The notes under the pieces were generated by a model. That model did no database searches. It was not told the origin of the DNA and was given only the letters and a program-made list of their open reading frames with translations. Below are positions 48,863 to 64,000 of a DNA stretch of 64,000 bases, piece after piece. The DNA is from the human T2T-CHM13v2.0 reference genome, Homo sapiens, in NCBI RefSeq assembly GCF_009914755.1, contig NC_060925.1. The stretch is one strand, 5' to 3'. How positions within the stretch are numbered: position 1 is the first letter of the stretch; each line of letters starts with the position of its first letter. Made by a program: the position numbers and the translations under genes.

Positions 48863-48918
48863 TAGGGCTCAGTAGACAACTCTCAGTAGACAACTCTCTC
48901 ATTGCATCTCTACTCTCA

Positions 48919-49233
<315 letters not shown>

Positions 49234-50252
49234 CTAAATAAATAAAAATAAAATAAAATAAATAAATAAACAAATTCCAAGTGCCAGAACATTGTGGCTG
49301 AGGGCAATTTTCAGAGCCTCTTGTAAAGCAGTATTGATGTCCACAACTCCTGCAGCAATGCCTTCCTCGGCCGTGGTGGTGGGTTACAGGTGAAGCCAAA
49401 TCTTGAATGCACGCAAGCCTCTGCCTCTGCGTCACTACACAGCAGCAGAGAAAGAGTTTTCTAGGCTTTTTTTAAAAATTGAAGTCAAAGTCATGCAACA
49501 TACAATTAACTATTTTAAAGTGTACAATTCAGTGGCATTTAGTGTATTCACAATGTTGTACACCAGCAACTCTCCTTAGTTTCAACTTTTTTTTTTTTTT
49601 TTTTTTTTGAGACAGAGTCTTGCTCTGTCACCCAGGCTGGAGTGCAGTGGTGAAATCTCAGCTTACTCCAACATCCACTTCCCAGGTTCAAGCAATTCTC
49701 CTGCCTTGGCCTCCCAGGTAATGGGGATTACAGGTACCTGCCACCATGCCCAGCTAATTTTTACAGGTGCCCAGTAGAGATGGGGTTTTACCATGTTATT
49801 CAGGCTGATCTCAAACTCTTGACCTCAGGTGATCTGCCCTCCTCAGTCCCCCTAAGGGCTGGCATTACAGGCGTGAGCCACTGTGCCTGGCCCATTTCAA
49901 CATTTTTTACTACTCTAGAAAAACATCCCATCCCCATTAAGTAATTATTGCTCATTTCCCCCTCCCCCATGCCTTGTTAACTGCTAATCATCTTTCTGTC
50001 TCTATGGATTTGCCTATTCGGGATATATCATGTGTGATGTTAATTTTATGTGTCAACTTGACTGGATCAGGGGATTCCCAGACATCTGGTTAGACATTAT
50101 TTCTGGGTGTGTCTTTAAGGGTATTTCCAGATGAGATTAGCATTTGAATCTCTGGACTCAGTCAAGCAGCTTGCCTTCCGCAGTGTGGGTAGGCATAATC
50201 TAATTTGTTGAGGGCCTAAATAGAACAAAACTCAGAGCATGGAAGAAGTCAG

Positions 50253-53200
50253 TGTCAGGCCTCTGAGCCCAAGCTAAGCCATCATATCCCCTGTGACCTG
50301 CACGTACATATCCAGATGGCTGGTTCCTTGCCTTAACTGGTGATATTCCACCACAAAAGAAGTGAAAATGGCCAGTCCTTGCCTTAAGTGATGACATTAC
50401 CTTGTGAAAGTCCTTTTCCTGGCTCATCCTGGCTCAAAAACTCCCCCACTGAGCACCTTGCGACCCCCACTCCTGCCCGCCAGAGAACAAACCCCCTTTG
50501 ACTGTAATTTTCCTTTGTCTACCCAAATCCTATAAAACGGCCCCACCCTTATCTCCCTTCACTGACTCTCTTTTCGGACTCAGCCCACCTGCACCCAGGT
50601 GAAATAAACAGCCATGTTGCTCACACAAAGCTTGTTTGGTATTCTCTTCACACGGACGCACATGAAATTTGGTGCCGTGACTTGGATTGGGGGACCTCCC
50701 TTGGGAGATCAATCGACTGTCCTCCTGCTCTTTGCTCCGTGAGAAAGGTCCACTTACGACCTCAAGTCCTCAGACCAACCAGCCCAAGAAACATCTCACC
50801 AATTTCAAATCCGGTAAGCAGCCTCTTTTTACTCTCTTCTCCAACCTCCCTCACTATCCCTCAACCTCTTTCTCCTTTCAAACTTGGCGCCACACTTCAA
50901 TCTCTCCCTTCTCTTAATTTCAATTCCTTTCATTTTCTGGTAGAGACAAAGGAGACATGTTTTATCCGTGGACCTAAAACTCCGGTGCCGGTCACAGACT
51001 AGGTAAGGCAGCCTTCCCTTGGTGTATAATCATTGCAGGGATGCTCTCTGATTATTCACCCAGGTTTCAGAGGTGTCAGACCACGGAGGGATGCCTGCCT
51101 TGGTCCTTCACCCTTAGCTGCAAGTCCCGCTTTTCTGGGGGAGGGGCAAGTACCCCAACCCCTTCTCTCCATGTCTCTACCCCTTCTCTGCCTTTCTGGG
51201 GGGCAAGAAACCCCCAACCCCTTCTCCTTCACCCTTAGCAGCAAGTCCCACTTTTCTAGGGGAGGGGCAAGTACCCCAACCTCGTATCTCTGCGCCCTGA
51301 TCCCTTATTTCCACACTCCAACCTCTTACATCTCTGTGCCCTGATCCCTTATTTCCATGCCCCGACCTCCTATCTCTGTGCCTCAACCCCTTTCCCACTT
51401 TTCTGGAAGGTAAGAACCCCCGAACCGCTTCCCTCCATGTCTCTACTCTCCCTTTTCTTTAAACTTGCCTCCTTCATTATAGGCAACCTTCCACCCTCCA
51501 TTCCTCCTTCTTCTCCCTTAGAGCCTGTGTTCTTAAGAACATAAAACCTCTTCAACTCTCACCTGACCTAAAACCTAAATGCCTTATTTTCTTCTACAAT
51601 GCTGCTTGACCCCAATACAAATTCGACAGTGGTTCCAAATAGCCAGAAAATGGCACTTTCAATTTTTCCATACTGCAAGATCTAAATAATTCTTGTCATA
51701 AAATGGGCAAACGGTCTGAGGTGCCTGACGTCCAGGCATTCTTTTACACATCCATTCCTCCCTAGTCTCTGTGTCCAGTGCAACTTGTCCCAAATCTTCC
51801 TTCTTTCCGTCCCACCTGTCCCCTCAGTCCCAACCCCAAGTGTCGCTGAGTCTTTCTAATCTTCCTTTTCTACAGACCCATCTGACCTCTCCCCTCCTCC
51901 CCAGGCTGCTTCTCGCCAGGCCAAGCTAGGTCCCAATTCTTCCTCAGCCTCCGCTCCTCCACCCTATAATCTTTTTATCACCTCCCCTCTTCACACCTGG
52001 TCCAGTTTACATTTTCATTCCGTGAGTAGCCCTCCCCCACCTGCCCAGCAATTTCCTCTTAAAAAGGTGCCTGAAGCTAAAGGCATAGTCAAGGTTAATG
52101 CTCCTTTTTCTTTATCAGACCTCTCCCAAATCAGTGAGCATTTAGGCTCTTTCATCAAATATGAAAAACCCAGCCCAGCTCATGGCTCGTTCAGCAGCAA
52201 CCCTGAGACGCTTTACAGCCCTAGACCCTAAAAGGTCAAAAGGCCGTCTTATTCTCAATATACATTTTATTACCCAATCTGCTCCTGACATTAAATAAAA
52301 CTCCAAAAATTAAATTTCAGCCCTCAAACCCCATAACAGGACTTAATTAACCTCACCTTCAAGGTGTACAATAATAGAGTAGAGGCAGCCAAGTAGCAAT
52401 GTATTTCTGAGTTGCAATTCCTTGCCTCCACTGTGAGACAAACCCCAGCCACATCTCCAGCACACAAGAACTTCCAAACACCTGAACTGCAGCAGCCAGG
52501 CGTTCCTCCAGAACCTCCTCCCCCAAGAGCTTGGTACACGTGCTGGAAATCTGGCCTCTGGGCCAAGGAATGCCCACAACCCGGGATTCCTCCTAAGCCA
52601 TGTCCCATCTCTGTGGGACCCCACTGAAAATCGGACTGTTCAACTCACCTGGCAGCCGCTCCCAGAGCCCCTGGAACTCTGGCCCAAGGCTCTCTGACTG
52701 ACTCCTTCCCAGATCTTCTCGGCTTAGCAGCTGAAGACTGACACTGCCCGATCGCCTCAGAAGCCTACAGGACCATCACACATGCTCTAGGTAACTCTCA
52801 CAGTGGAAGGTAAGTCCGTCCCCTTCTTAATACGGAGGCTACTCACTCCACATTACCTTCTTTTCAAGGGCCTGTTTCCCTTGCTTCCATAACTGTTGTG
52901 CATATTGACGGCCAGGCTTCTAAACCTCTTAAAACTCCCCAACTCTGGTGCCAACTTAGACAATACTCTTTTAAGCACTCCTTTTTAGTTATCCCCACCT
53001 GCCCAGTTCCCTTATTAGGCCGAGACACTTTAACTAAATTATCTGCTTCCCTGACTGTTCCTAGGCTACAGCCACACCTCACTGTTGCCTTTTCCCCCAG
53101 TTCAAAGCCTCCTTCACATCCTCCCCTTGTATCTCCCCACCTTAACCCACAAGTATAAGACACCTCTGCTCCCTCCTTAGCGACCGATCATGCACCCCTT

Positions 53201-55956
53201 ACCATCCCATTAAAACCTAATCACTCTTACCCCACTCAATGCCAATATCCCATCCCACAGCATGCTTTGAAAGGATTAAAGCCTGTTATCACTTGCCTGC
53301 TACAGCATGGCCTTTTAAACCCTATAAACTCTTCTTACCATTCCCCCATTTTACCTGTCCTAAAACCAGACAAGGCTTACAGGTTAGTTCAGAATCTGCC
53401 CCTTATCAACCAAATTGTCTTGCCTATCCACCCCGTGGTGCCAAACCCATATACTCTCCTATCCTCAATACCTCCCTCTACTACCCATTATTCTGTTCTG
53501 GATCTCAAACATGCTTTCTTTACTATTCCTTTGCACCTTCATCCCAGCCTCAATTCGCTTTCAGTTAGACTAACCCTGACACCCATTAGGCTCAGCAAAT
53601 TACCTGGGCTGTACTGCCGCAAGGCTTCACAGACAGCCCCCATTACTTCAGTCAAGCCCAAATTTCATCCTCATCTGTTACCTATCTCGGCATAATTCTC
53701 ATAAAAACACACGTGCTCTCCCTGCTGATTGTGTCTGATTCATCTCCCAAATCTCAATCCCTTACAAAACAACAACTCCTTTCCTTCCTAGGCATGGTTA
53801 GTGGGGTCAGAATTCTTACACAAGAGCCAGGACCTCTCCCTATAGCCTTTCTGTCCAAACAACTTGACCTTACTGTTTTAGCCTAGCCCTCATGTCTGTG
53901 CGCAGCGGCTGCTGCTGCTTTAATACTTTTAGAGGCCCTAAAAATCACAAACTATGCTCAACTCACTCTCTACATTTCTCATAACTTCCAAAATCTATTT
54001 TCTTCCTCATACCTGACGCATATACTTTCTGCTCCCCGGCTCCTTCAGCTGTACTCACTCTTTGTTAAGTCCCACAATTACCATTGTTCCTGGCCCGGAC
54101 TTCAATTCGGCCTCCCACGTTATTCTGGATACCAGACCTGACCTTCATGACTGTATCTCTCTGATCCACCTGACATTCACCCCATTTCCCCATATTTCCT
54201 TCTTTCCTGTTCCTCACCCTGATCATGCTTGATTTATTGATGGCAGTTCCACCAGGCCTAATCGCCACACACCAGCAAAGGCAGGCTATGCTATAGTATA
54301 AGCCACTAGCCCGCCTCTTAGAACCTCTCATTTTCTTTCCATCATGGAAATCTATCCTCAAGAAAATAACTTCTCAGTGTTCCATCTGCTGTTCTACTAC
54401 TCCTCAGGGATTATTCAGGCCCCCTCCCTTCCCTACACATCAAGCGCGAGGATTTGCCCCCACCCAGGACTGGCAAATTAGCTTTACTCAACATGCCCCA
54501 AGTCAGATAACTAAAATACCTCTTAGTCTAGGTAGACACTTTCACTGGATAGGTACAGGCCTTTCCTACAGGGTTTGAGAAGACACCGCAGTCATTTCTT
54601 CCCTTCTGTCAGACATAATTCCTCAGTTTAGCCTTCCCACCTCTATACAGTCTGACAACAGACCAGCCTTTATTAGTCAAATCAGCCAAGCAGTTTTTCA
54701 TGCTCTTGGTATTCAGTGAAACCTTTATATCCCTTACGGTCCTCCATCTTCAGGAAAAGTAGAACAGACTAAAGGTCTTTTAAAAACACACCTCACCAAG
54801 CTCAGCCACCAACTTAAAAAGGACTGGACAATACTTTTACCACTTTCCCTTCTCAGAAGTCAGACCTGTCCTCAGAATGCTACAGGGTACAGCCCATTTG
54901 AGCTCCTGTATAGACGCTCCTTTTTATTAGGCCCCAGTCTCATTCCAGACACCAGACCAACTTAGACTGTGCCCCCCAAAAAAACTTGTCATCCCTACTA
55001 TCTTCTGTCTAGTCATACTCCTATTCTCCATTCTCAACTACTTATAAATGCCCTACTCTTGTTTACACTGCTGGTTTACACTGTTTCTCCAAGCCATCAC
55101 AGCTGATATCTCCTGGTGCTATCCTCAAACTGCCACTCTTAACTCTTGAAGTAAATAAATAATCTTTGCTGACAGGACTATGCTGAATCTCCTTAGGCAC
55201 TCTAATTAGATGTCCTCGGTCCTCCCAATTCTTAGACCTTTAATACCTGTTTTTCTTCTTCTCTTATTCCGTTTAGTTTTTCAATTCATACAAAACCGTA
55301 TCCAAGCCATCACTAATAATTCTAAATGACAAATGTTTCTTCTAACAGTCTCACAATATCACCCCTTACCACAAAATCTTCCTTCAGCTTAATCTCTCCC
55401 ACTCTAGGTTCCCACACCACCCCTAATCCCGCTCGAAGCAGCCCTGAGAAACATCGCCCATTATCTCTCCATACCACCCCCAAAAATTTTCACCGTCCCA
55501 ACACTTTACCACTATTTCATTTTATTTTTCTTATTAATATAAGAAGACAGGAATGTCAGGCCTCTGAGCCCAAGCTAAGCCATCATATCCCCTGTGACCT
55601 GCACGTACACATCCAGATGGCTGGTTCATGATATTCCACCACAAAAGAAGTGAAAATGGCCAGTCCTTGCCTTAAGTGATGACATTACCTTGTGAAAGTC
55701 CCTTTCCTGGCTCATCCTGGCTCAAAAAGCTCCCCCACTGAGCACCTTGCGACCCCCACTCCTGCCTGCCAGAGAACAAACCCCCTTTGACTGTAATTTT
55801 CCTTTATCTACCCAAATCCTATAAAACGGCCCCACCCTTATCTCCCTTCACTGACTCTCTTTTCGGACTCAGCCCACCTGCACCCAGGTGAAATAAACAG
55901 CCATGTTGCTCACACAAAGCTTGGTTGGTGGTCTCTTCACAGAGACATGCATGAAA
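50253..55956 (+). mobile_element. HERV-H provirus, 5.7-kb deleted form, with LTR7 at both ends
   Basis: LTRs 50253-50667 and 55554-55956 (TGTCAGGCCTCTGAGCCCAAGCTAAGCC...CATGAAA). 5-bp TSD GTCAG. tRNA-His PBS TGGTGCCGTGACTTGGAT at 50670-50687. Degenerate zinc knuckle (CWKSGLWAKEC), RT remnant (YRLVQNL...SVLDLKHAFFTIPL), and RNaseH/IN remnants. Confidence 0.96.
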
Positions 55957-56046
55957 GTCAGGGCTTCTTTTCTTTTCTTTTGTTTTTTTGAGACAGATAG
56001 GGTCTTGCTCTGTTACCCATGCTGGAGTGCAGCAGCACAATGATAG

Positions 56047-56762
56047 TGTAAACCAAAAATAAAATTCTAAACCCACAACTGACAGGTGAGCCCTCTTCTT
56101 GGCCAAGGGCATTCCAAAGTTAACCTGAAAAACTAGTTCAGGCCATGATGAGAAGTGGGGGTCCAACATGCTTCAGTATATCCTCCTCCCTTTTGGAATT
56201 CAGGCACAGCTGGCCAGATTAACATCAATGCAGAGACCTTAAGACTGGCAGAACAGGCTAGTTAAATCTGATGAGAAACATTCACAATCTATTCTCTCTG
56301 AAGCCTGCTACCTGGAGGCTTCATCTGCATGATAAAACTCTGGTCTTCACAACCCCTTATCTTAACCCAGACATTCCTTTCCATTGATTCCAGGTCTTTA
56401 GGTAAACTCTTTCAACCAATTGCTAATTCGAATATTTTTGGAGCCTCAGGACCAACAGAATAGGATTAAAAAAAAAAAAGAAAATTTTTGAATCCACCTA
56501 TGACCTAGAAGTCCTTTTACCACCCCACCTCCAGTTGTCCCATCTTTCTGGACCAAACCAGAAAGTTTACATCTTACATGTATTGATTGGTGTCTTACGT
56601 CTTCCTAAGATGTATAAAACCAAGCTGTAGCCCAACCACCTTGGGCACATGTTTTCAGGATCTCCTGGGGGTGTCTCATGGGCACGGGCCATTAGTCACT
56701 CATATTTGGCTCAGAATAAATCTCTTCAAATATTTTACAGAGTTCAACTCTTTTCATTGACA
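56047..56762 (+). mobile_element. MER4-type solo LTR inserted within an AluJ-like element
   Basis: TGTAAACCAAAAATAAAATTCTAA...CTCAGAATAAATCTCTTCAAATATTTTACAGAG...GACA. The Alu is continuous on either side. Confidence 0.8.
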
Positions 56763-56939
56763 AGAGTTCACTGCAACCTTGAACTCACTGCCTGAGCCTT
56801 CCAAGTAGCTGGGACTACAGGTGTGCACCACCTTGCTGAGCTAATTTTTAAATTTTTTGTAGAGAAGGGGTCTTGCTATATTGCCCAGGCTAGTCTCCAA
56901 CTCTTGACCTCAAACAATCCTTCCATCTTGGCCCCCTGA

Positions 56940-57317
<378 letters not shown>

Positions 57318-57474
57318 TGAGCTGGGACATCTTATTTTATGCTACACTTAAATTGGGATTTATACCTTCATCTCCTCTGGTTCTACTGCCTTTGACTTGA
57401 ATTACACCACTGATTTTCTGTGTCTCCAGCTTACAGATGGCAGATCATGGGTTTCTAAGCCTTTATGATTCCAT

Positions 57475-58166
57475 TATAACAACCTGACAGGTTCTTCCTG
57501 CCTGCTGCACAAATGAAGACTACACCATTGCAGTGGAGAAAGAGTTTAATTAATGCCAGGCTGGTCATGTCGTGCAAGAGATGGAGTTATTACTCAAATC
57601 AATATCATCTAAAACTCATAGGTTAGGGATTTTTCAAAGGCAGTTTGGGGGAAGAGGGAGGGGTGGCTAGGAAATGGGTGCTTGCTGCTGATTGGTTGGG
57701 GGTGTAATTATAGGGGTGTGGGAAATCATCCTCCTGCATGCCAAATTGCTTCTGGGTAGGGCTACAGGAGCCATCAGCAGATGGGTCCAGGTGGAACTAG
57801 GTGTCAGACATGCAAAAAACCTGAAAAGATATCTCACAATGCCAATCTTGGGTTCTACAATAGTGATGTTATTTATAGGAGTAACTGGGAAAGTTGTATA
57901 TCTTGTGACTCCTGAAATAATGGCTAGCAATCATTTATGTCTACACCTTAGCAGAATTCAGGCTCCTCTCTTCCCCCTAACCTGGTGGTCTCTCATTAGA
58001 TTTACAAAGGTGGCTGAGTTTTGGGGAAAGGCTATTATCATTTACATTATAACCTAAATGTCTCCCAAAGCAAGGCTAAAGGTAAGAGGGGGATTGGCTA
58101 GAGTAAATCAGGTCTTCCCACTGTCATCATTTTCTCACTGACATAATTTTTGCAAAGGTGGTTTCA
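57475..58166 (-). mobile_element. LTR8-like (MER4 group) solo LTR
   Basis: The minus strand begins TGAAACCACCTTTGCAAAAATTATG. 4-bp TSD CCAT (57471-57474 / 58167-58170). Confidence 0.72.
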
Positions 58167-58414
58167 CCATGAGGAATTTCTCATAATAAATCAATTTCTC
58201 TCTCTCCTTTTGGTTCTGTTTTTTAGAGAATCTCAACTAATAAATTACATAAAAGAAATCATACAAAATGTGACCTTTTGGCTGGTCATGGTAGCTTACA
58301 CCTATAATAACAGCACTTTCAGAGGCTGAGGCAGGAGGCTCACTTGAGCTCAAGAGTTTGAGACCAGCCTGGGCAATACAGTGAGACCTCAACACTATTT
58401 AATTAATTAATTAA

Positions 58415-58663
<249 letters not shown>

Positions 58664-58665
58664 TA

Positions 58666-59136
<471 letters not shown>

Positions 59137-59780
59137 TTATTTACCATAGGGAAAGGGCATATGTGATTCAGAAGGGATGTGTAGGACAATTGCTTATAGG
59201 CAGATCTCATGGAGAGTACAAGAACATGAAGGTTATTTTGACCTAAGGGCAGGATTTATGGGAAGAATGTAATCTTACACAAGGAACGAGAAACTAAAAA
59301 TCTTAGAGGCTTTCCTGGAACTGAGGTTAATCAGAAGTCAACATGGTAGACTAACATCCAGAATAGAATCGCTTTGTCCTCTTCCCTTGCCAATACTTGT
59401 TATTATCTGTTTGTTTTTGTTTTTGTTTTTGTTTGAGACAGACTCTCACTCTGTCACCCAGGATGGAGTGCACTGGAGCGATCTCGGTTCTCTGCAACCT
59501 CCGCCTCCTAGGCTCAAGTGATCCTCCCACCTCAGCCTCTTGAGTAGCTGGGATCACAGGCACGTGCCACCACACTCGGCTAATTTTTGTATTTTTTGTA
59601 GAGACAGGGTTTCGCCATGTTGCCCAGGTTGGTCTTGAACTGCGCTCAAGCAATCCGCCTGCCTCGGCCTCCCAAAGTGTTGGGATTACAGGCATGAATC
59701 ATCATGCCCGATCTGTTTTTCTGATGAAGGTCATCCTGTTGGGTGTGAAGGTGTGAAGTGGTATCTCATTATGGTTTTGA

Positions 59781-60070
<290 letters not shown>

Positions 60071-60219
60071 TGAGCCACCGTGCCCAGCCTACATTTTCTC
60101 AGTTACCAATGATGTTGAGCATCGTTTCATGTGTGTATTGGACGTTTATGCTTCTTCTTTTGAGAAATGTCTATCAAGTCTTTTGCCCATTTTAAAACGA
60201 GATTTTTCATCTTTTTGTT

Positions 60220-61002
60220 TGTTATAAATAAAGTTTCGGTGCCACAAAATAAATAGCACTTGAGTATAAAATGTTCTTTTTAATTCTCAGCAAGGCAAGT
60301 TACTTTTATAGAAGGGTGCACCCTTACAGATAAAGCAATGGTGAGCACACACTTGGACAAGGGAGGGAAAGGAGTTTTTATCCCTGACGCACATGGCCCC
60401 TGCCGCTGTGTCATTCCCCTATTGGCTAGGGTTAGACTGCACAGGCTAAATTAATTCCGATTGGCTAATTTAAAGCGAGTGACCAGTGAGTGGCTTGGCG
60501 GGAAAATGGTTTTGCAGGGTGGCTAATGAGTCAGGGTGGAGCAGGTAGCAGGTAATCGGAATGAGTCAGTGTGGAGCAGGTAATCGAAAAAGGTTGCTCT
60601 ATGAGGAAATTAAGTTTAAAAGTAGAAGGTGGCTGGGCGCGGTGGCTCACACCTGTAATCCCAGCCTTTTGGGAGGCCCAGGCGGGCAGATCACGAGGTC
60701 AGGAGATCGAGACCATCCTGGCTAACACGGTGAAACCCTGTCTCTACTAAAAATACAAAAAAGTTAGCTGGACACGGTGGCAGGCGCCTGCAGTCCTAGC
60801 TACTTGGGAGGCTCAGGCAGGAGAATCGCTTGATCCCGGGAGGCGGAGGTTGCAGTGAGCCAAGATCCGCCACTGCACTCCAGCCTGGGTGACAGAGCGA
60901 GACTCTGTCTCAAAAAAAAAAAAAAAAAAAAGTAGAAGGCAAAGAATTGAACATACTGACATATTGATTCTTTGAAAAGAAATTTAGAACTCATATCTAA
61001 CA
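60220..61002 (-). mobile_element. LTR10 (LTR10F-like) 3' LTR with an inserted Alu (about 60631-60930)
   Basis: The minus strand starts TGTTAGATATGAGTTCTAAATTTCTTTTCAAAG. TGAGTCA tandem units are present. The purine tract and env lie immediately upstream on the minus strand. Confidence 0.8.
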
Positions 61003-64000
61003 ACCCCTTCTTTTGCATTTCCTTACAGCTCTTTCTTTTAGAACTCTTTTTTACCATGTCTTGGTTTAGTTGCTTTGCTTGATTTTCCAAAAGAAGAAAC
61101 TTCTCTGGGTAAGGTGGAGGATAGCTAAGGGAGGTTTTAGTAAGTGCCATTTTTACGAACTCTGCACCAACCCACAGATGCATGGTGTGACACAGCACCT
61201 GACAAGAAAAAGTACACCCATTACGGCTGTGAGGGAAGTAAGAATTGAGGCTATTATTCTTTTCCATTTACTGAGCCACTTTTCTAGCCATCCTGTAAAG
61301 GGGTCATTTACCCCTGAGTTGTTGGCTAACTCATTGGATAGAGCAGTCAGATCTTGCAATGCCTTTGTTATGCTTCCGTCAGGGGTGGTGGTGTTTGGGA
61401 TGAAGGTACAACACTGAGTTTTAATCATGACACAAACTCCTCCTCTTTCTGTTAATATCATGTCTAAGGCTATCCTATTTTCCCAAGCCATCTGGCTAGT
61501 AGCCCCTAATTGCTCAGCTATTCCTTTAACAGCATCTCCACTGTAGTTAATAAATCGCTATTGGTTGTAGTAGATGTAGTTTCTCCAATCTACATTTTTA
61601 TTCATTGCCGCCCACCAAAATATTGACTCAAATCCTGCAGCTATTTGATTTCAGGCTTTAAACTGATTTGGTATTCCCTGTTGGACTCCAGTTGCGTTTA
61701 AATAGATGTGAGAGTCGAAAGACCCATAAGGGGCTTCTCTCGCTTTATGATGTCTTATTTTTCCTTCCTCTGGTTGATGAAATGTCAGGGTGAAAGGGAT
61801 AGCCAATTGGACTAAAGCACTCCAGTTATTTGGCAGAGTGTCCAGTAAAGGTCCACCACAATACCACCACACATCTGCTTGGAGATGAACAAGGGCTAAC
61901 TGATAAGCTCTTGAAAATTCTTAACTTCACTGCATCCCTTCAGGTCTCCAAGGAATGCTAAGTTTCCTTCCTGTTGTGAGAGACACGAAGTGAACTTAGT
62001 GTTGGGAGACGAAAGCTGGATGGCACTCGGGGGCTGACCTGCAAGGTGCTGGACTTTGGGATATAGCAGAGAGAGAGTGTGGCACAACTTATTACTCCAA
62101 GCTGTAGAATCCTGGAAAAGAGCCACCATGAAGCCCACGCCCAGTCGACTGGAGGACCTAGTGGAAAGGGGACAATCTGGGCCTCTGGCCTGCCGTGCGC
62201 ACAAGCATAACAATTGCTTTTCTTTAACATATGGATGGAATATTTGATCCATTCCAACCAGGCATTTGCATCTTGGTATCCTGTCTTAATTGCCGAAGTT
62301 TAAGTCTTTAACTTCTACAATAGCTATCTTGGTCTTGTCATTAGATGGAGGAGGAGCAATTGTTCCGTTTGTGAGAGGTTTTGGAAGAAGGCTTAGAGGA
62401 AGGTGCAGGTGACGGGGGATCAAAGAAATGCATTTCAAAGAATCCAATAGGGTCTGTCCCTGAAACCTTAGCCCCCATATACCATAAAACCGGCTTAAAG
62501 AAGAGTACTGGCTTATAAAAGGGGAAGAACTTTGAGGGTTTGAGATAATAACCTGTATAGGATTGCACTGGTTTAGCTGACATTTGGGGGTGGGGGGTGG
62601 GTGCTATCCCTCTAGTAGAATGAAGGTATGGTTTTAGGAAATTACAAAAACCAGTTGGAGCAGTCCATCCTTGCTCTTTAGTGGTCCACAGAATGTTTGA
62701 CCAATTACGGCATAAAAGCTCTACATCGAGGAGCAAGACTCATGATTGAAAACTGGGGTCTTTATTGAAATCTCCCCAGATTAAATGGTCCCAATTCACT
62801 AATGCCCAGTCTGAGCAGAGTCAGGAGGGACAGAGGTACTTTTCTGAAGTAGAGAGCTGTCTTTGACTTGGCAAGTCCCCAAAGGGTATGACAAGGCAAG
62901 CATTAAATGCAATAGTTTGAGGTGAAATTGACTTGGTTATGTTAATAACTAGATGGTCAGCAATAGAGCGAGGAAAGAAGAAAGAGTAATAGAATAGATG
63001 AAAAGAGTTAAATTTTTATTAGCTTTAGTTTGGTAGGGTTTTCCCTTGGGACTATGGCCCATGACTCTGGAGGGGGCGGCGCTTTCTTGACTTGGGTGTG
63101 ATGAGTCCATCCCCTTTTCACTGAAGGAACAGCAGTCTGGGTGGTTAGCAGCATAAGGTAGAGTCCTTCCCAGGCTGGCTTGAGTTTTCCTTCTTTTCAC
63201 CCTTTGATGAGAACATGATTCTCAGGCTGGTGCTGGTTTACCAGAAATTTTAGGGGCGGTACCTGTGCTAAAAGACTTTTAGTTTTGAGGGAAAGGAAAA
63301 TGGAAGATAAACCAAGTATATAATTTCTAAGAAACTGATCTTTTGTTTTAAATGTGGGGACATCAGCAGTGGACTTTATCGTCCTTGGTGCCTTCTTACT
63401 GAGAAATTTCTTTTAGCACCTATTTTTATTAGTTTTTAGACCAAAGAAAGCCAAACACCACTTTATATTTGACAGTGCTTCCTGTATGATTTTTATACTA
63501 GATAAGCTAAATTTCACCTTTATATTAGTGTGTTATTTATGTTAAACTCAATGTTAATAAAACCTTATAGACATATTTATTCAATTTTAACGTCTGACCA
63601 TAAGGTAAGATTTTTATAGGCTCTTTTAAATCTTTTATAATTTTTGTTAAAGAACAGGTTAGTGCTTTAAGAAAAACCTGTTGTGCTTTTATTTTAATGT
63701 CCAGTTCACAGAAAAACTGGATGACACTCCCTTAACTTTAGCCAATATATTTACACACAGAATTTCCTTTACAATTAACATTTTAAAACTTGCTTAAACC
63801 TGTAAAACAATTTTTTTAACCTTTTAAAGTAGGTAAAAATTCACATTTTTATGCCTCCTTATAATCCTTTTACCAAAAGTATATTTTAGTTTACTTGTAC
63901 AACTTGCACATAAACTGTTTCTTCGATAGTTTTACATTCAGGAGGCCTAATTACTTCTAAATTATACAACATTTCTTGCATAAATTCCCTTTTATAACTT
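61003..64000 (-). mobile_element. HERV-I/HERVIP10-type internal region: env remnant and integrase C-terminus; continues past the window edge
   Basis: TM peptide WENRIALDMIL...GGVCVMIKTQCCTFIPN (immunosuppressive domain plus CX6CC) in ORF 61153..61491. SU fragments WWYCGGPL and NCYACAHGRP. Pol-end-like sequence near 63070-63240. Confidence 0.85.

Noticed and set aside
51100-51440. Short repeated units in the HERV-H leader resembling an array
   Set aside because: These are the usual HERV-H leader tandem duplications. There is no repeat-spacer architecture and the context is eukaryotic, so it is not CRISPR-like.
61153-63000. Possible domesticated env (syncytin-like)
   Set aside because: It is broken into several short frames by stops and frameshifts. 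The same applies to the env at 46143-46595.

Overview
Primate (human-like) genomic DNA, very rich in Alu and LTR elements. It is recognisable as the 5' end of BSDC1 (minus strand, coding exons 1-4 plus CpG-island promoter at about 12 kb), followed by about 50 kb of intergenic, retroelement-built sequence. That sequence holds a full-length processed GAPDH pseudogene inside a MER63-like DNA transposon, old ERVL pol/pro remnants, a 16.9-kb MER4-group ERV1 provirus (paired LTRs, tRNA-Pro PBS, CTGT TSD), a 5.7-kb HERV-H/LTR7 provirus and the 3' half of an LTR10/HERV-I-type provirus. The most striking structure is inside the MER4-group provirus. What looks like two separate pseudogenes (a GOSR2 fragment and an LRRC37 exon-1 copy) is one 6.2-kb L1-type retro-insertion, bounded by a 16-bp TSD and ending in AATAAA plus poly(A). 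It consists of spliced GOSR2 exons 1-4, spliced sense LRRC37 LRR exons, and an antisense LRRC37 exon 1 together with its upstream promoter. It therefore looks like a fossil of a GOSR2-LRRC37 read-through transcript. A second oddity is a templated copy of the BSDC1 intron1/exon2 junction inside an Alu tail. Most ORFs in the track are Alu/LTR artefacts. Gene and repeat family names come from my recall of the sequences, not from searches.
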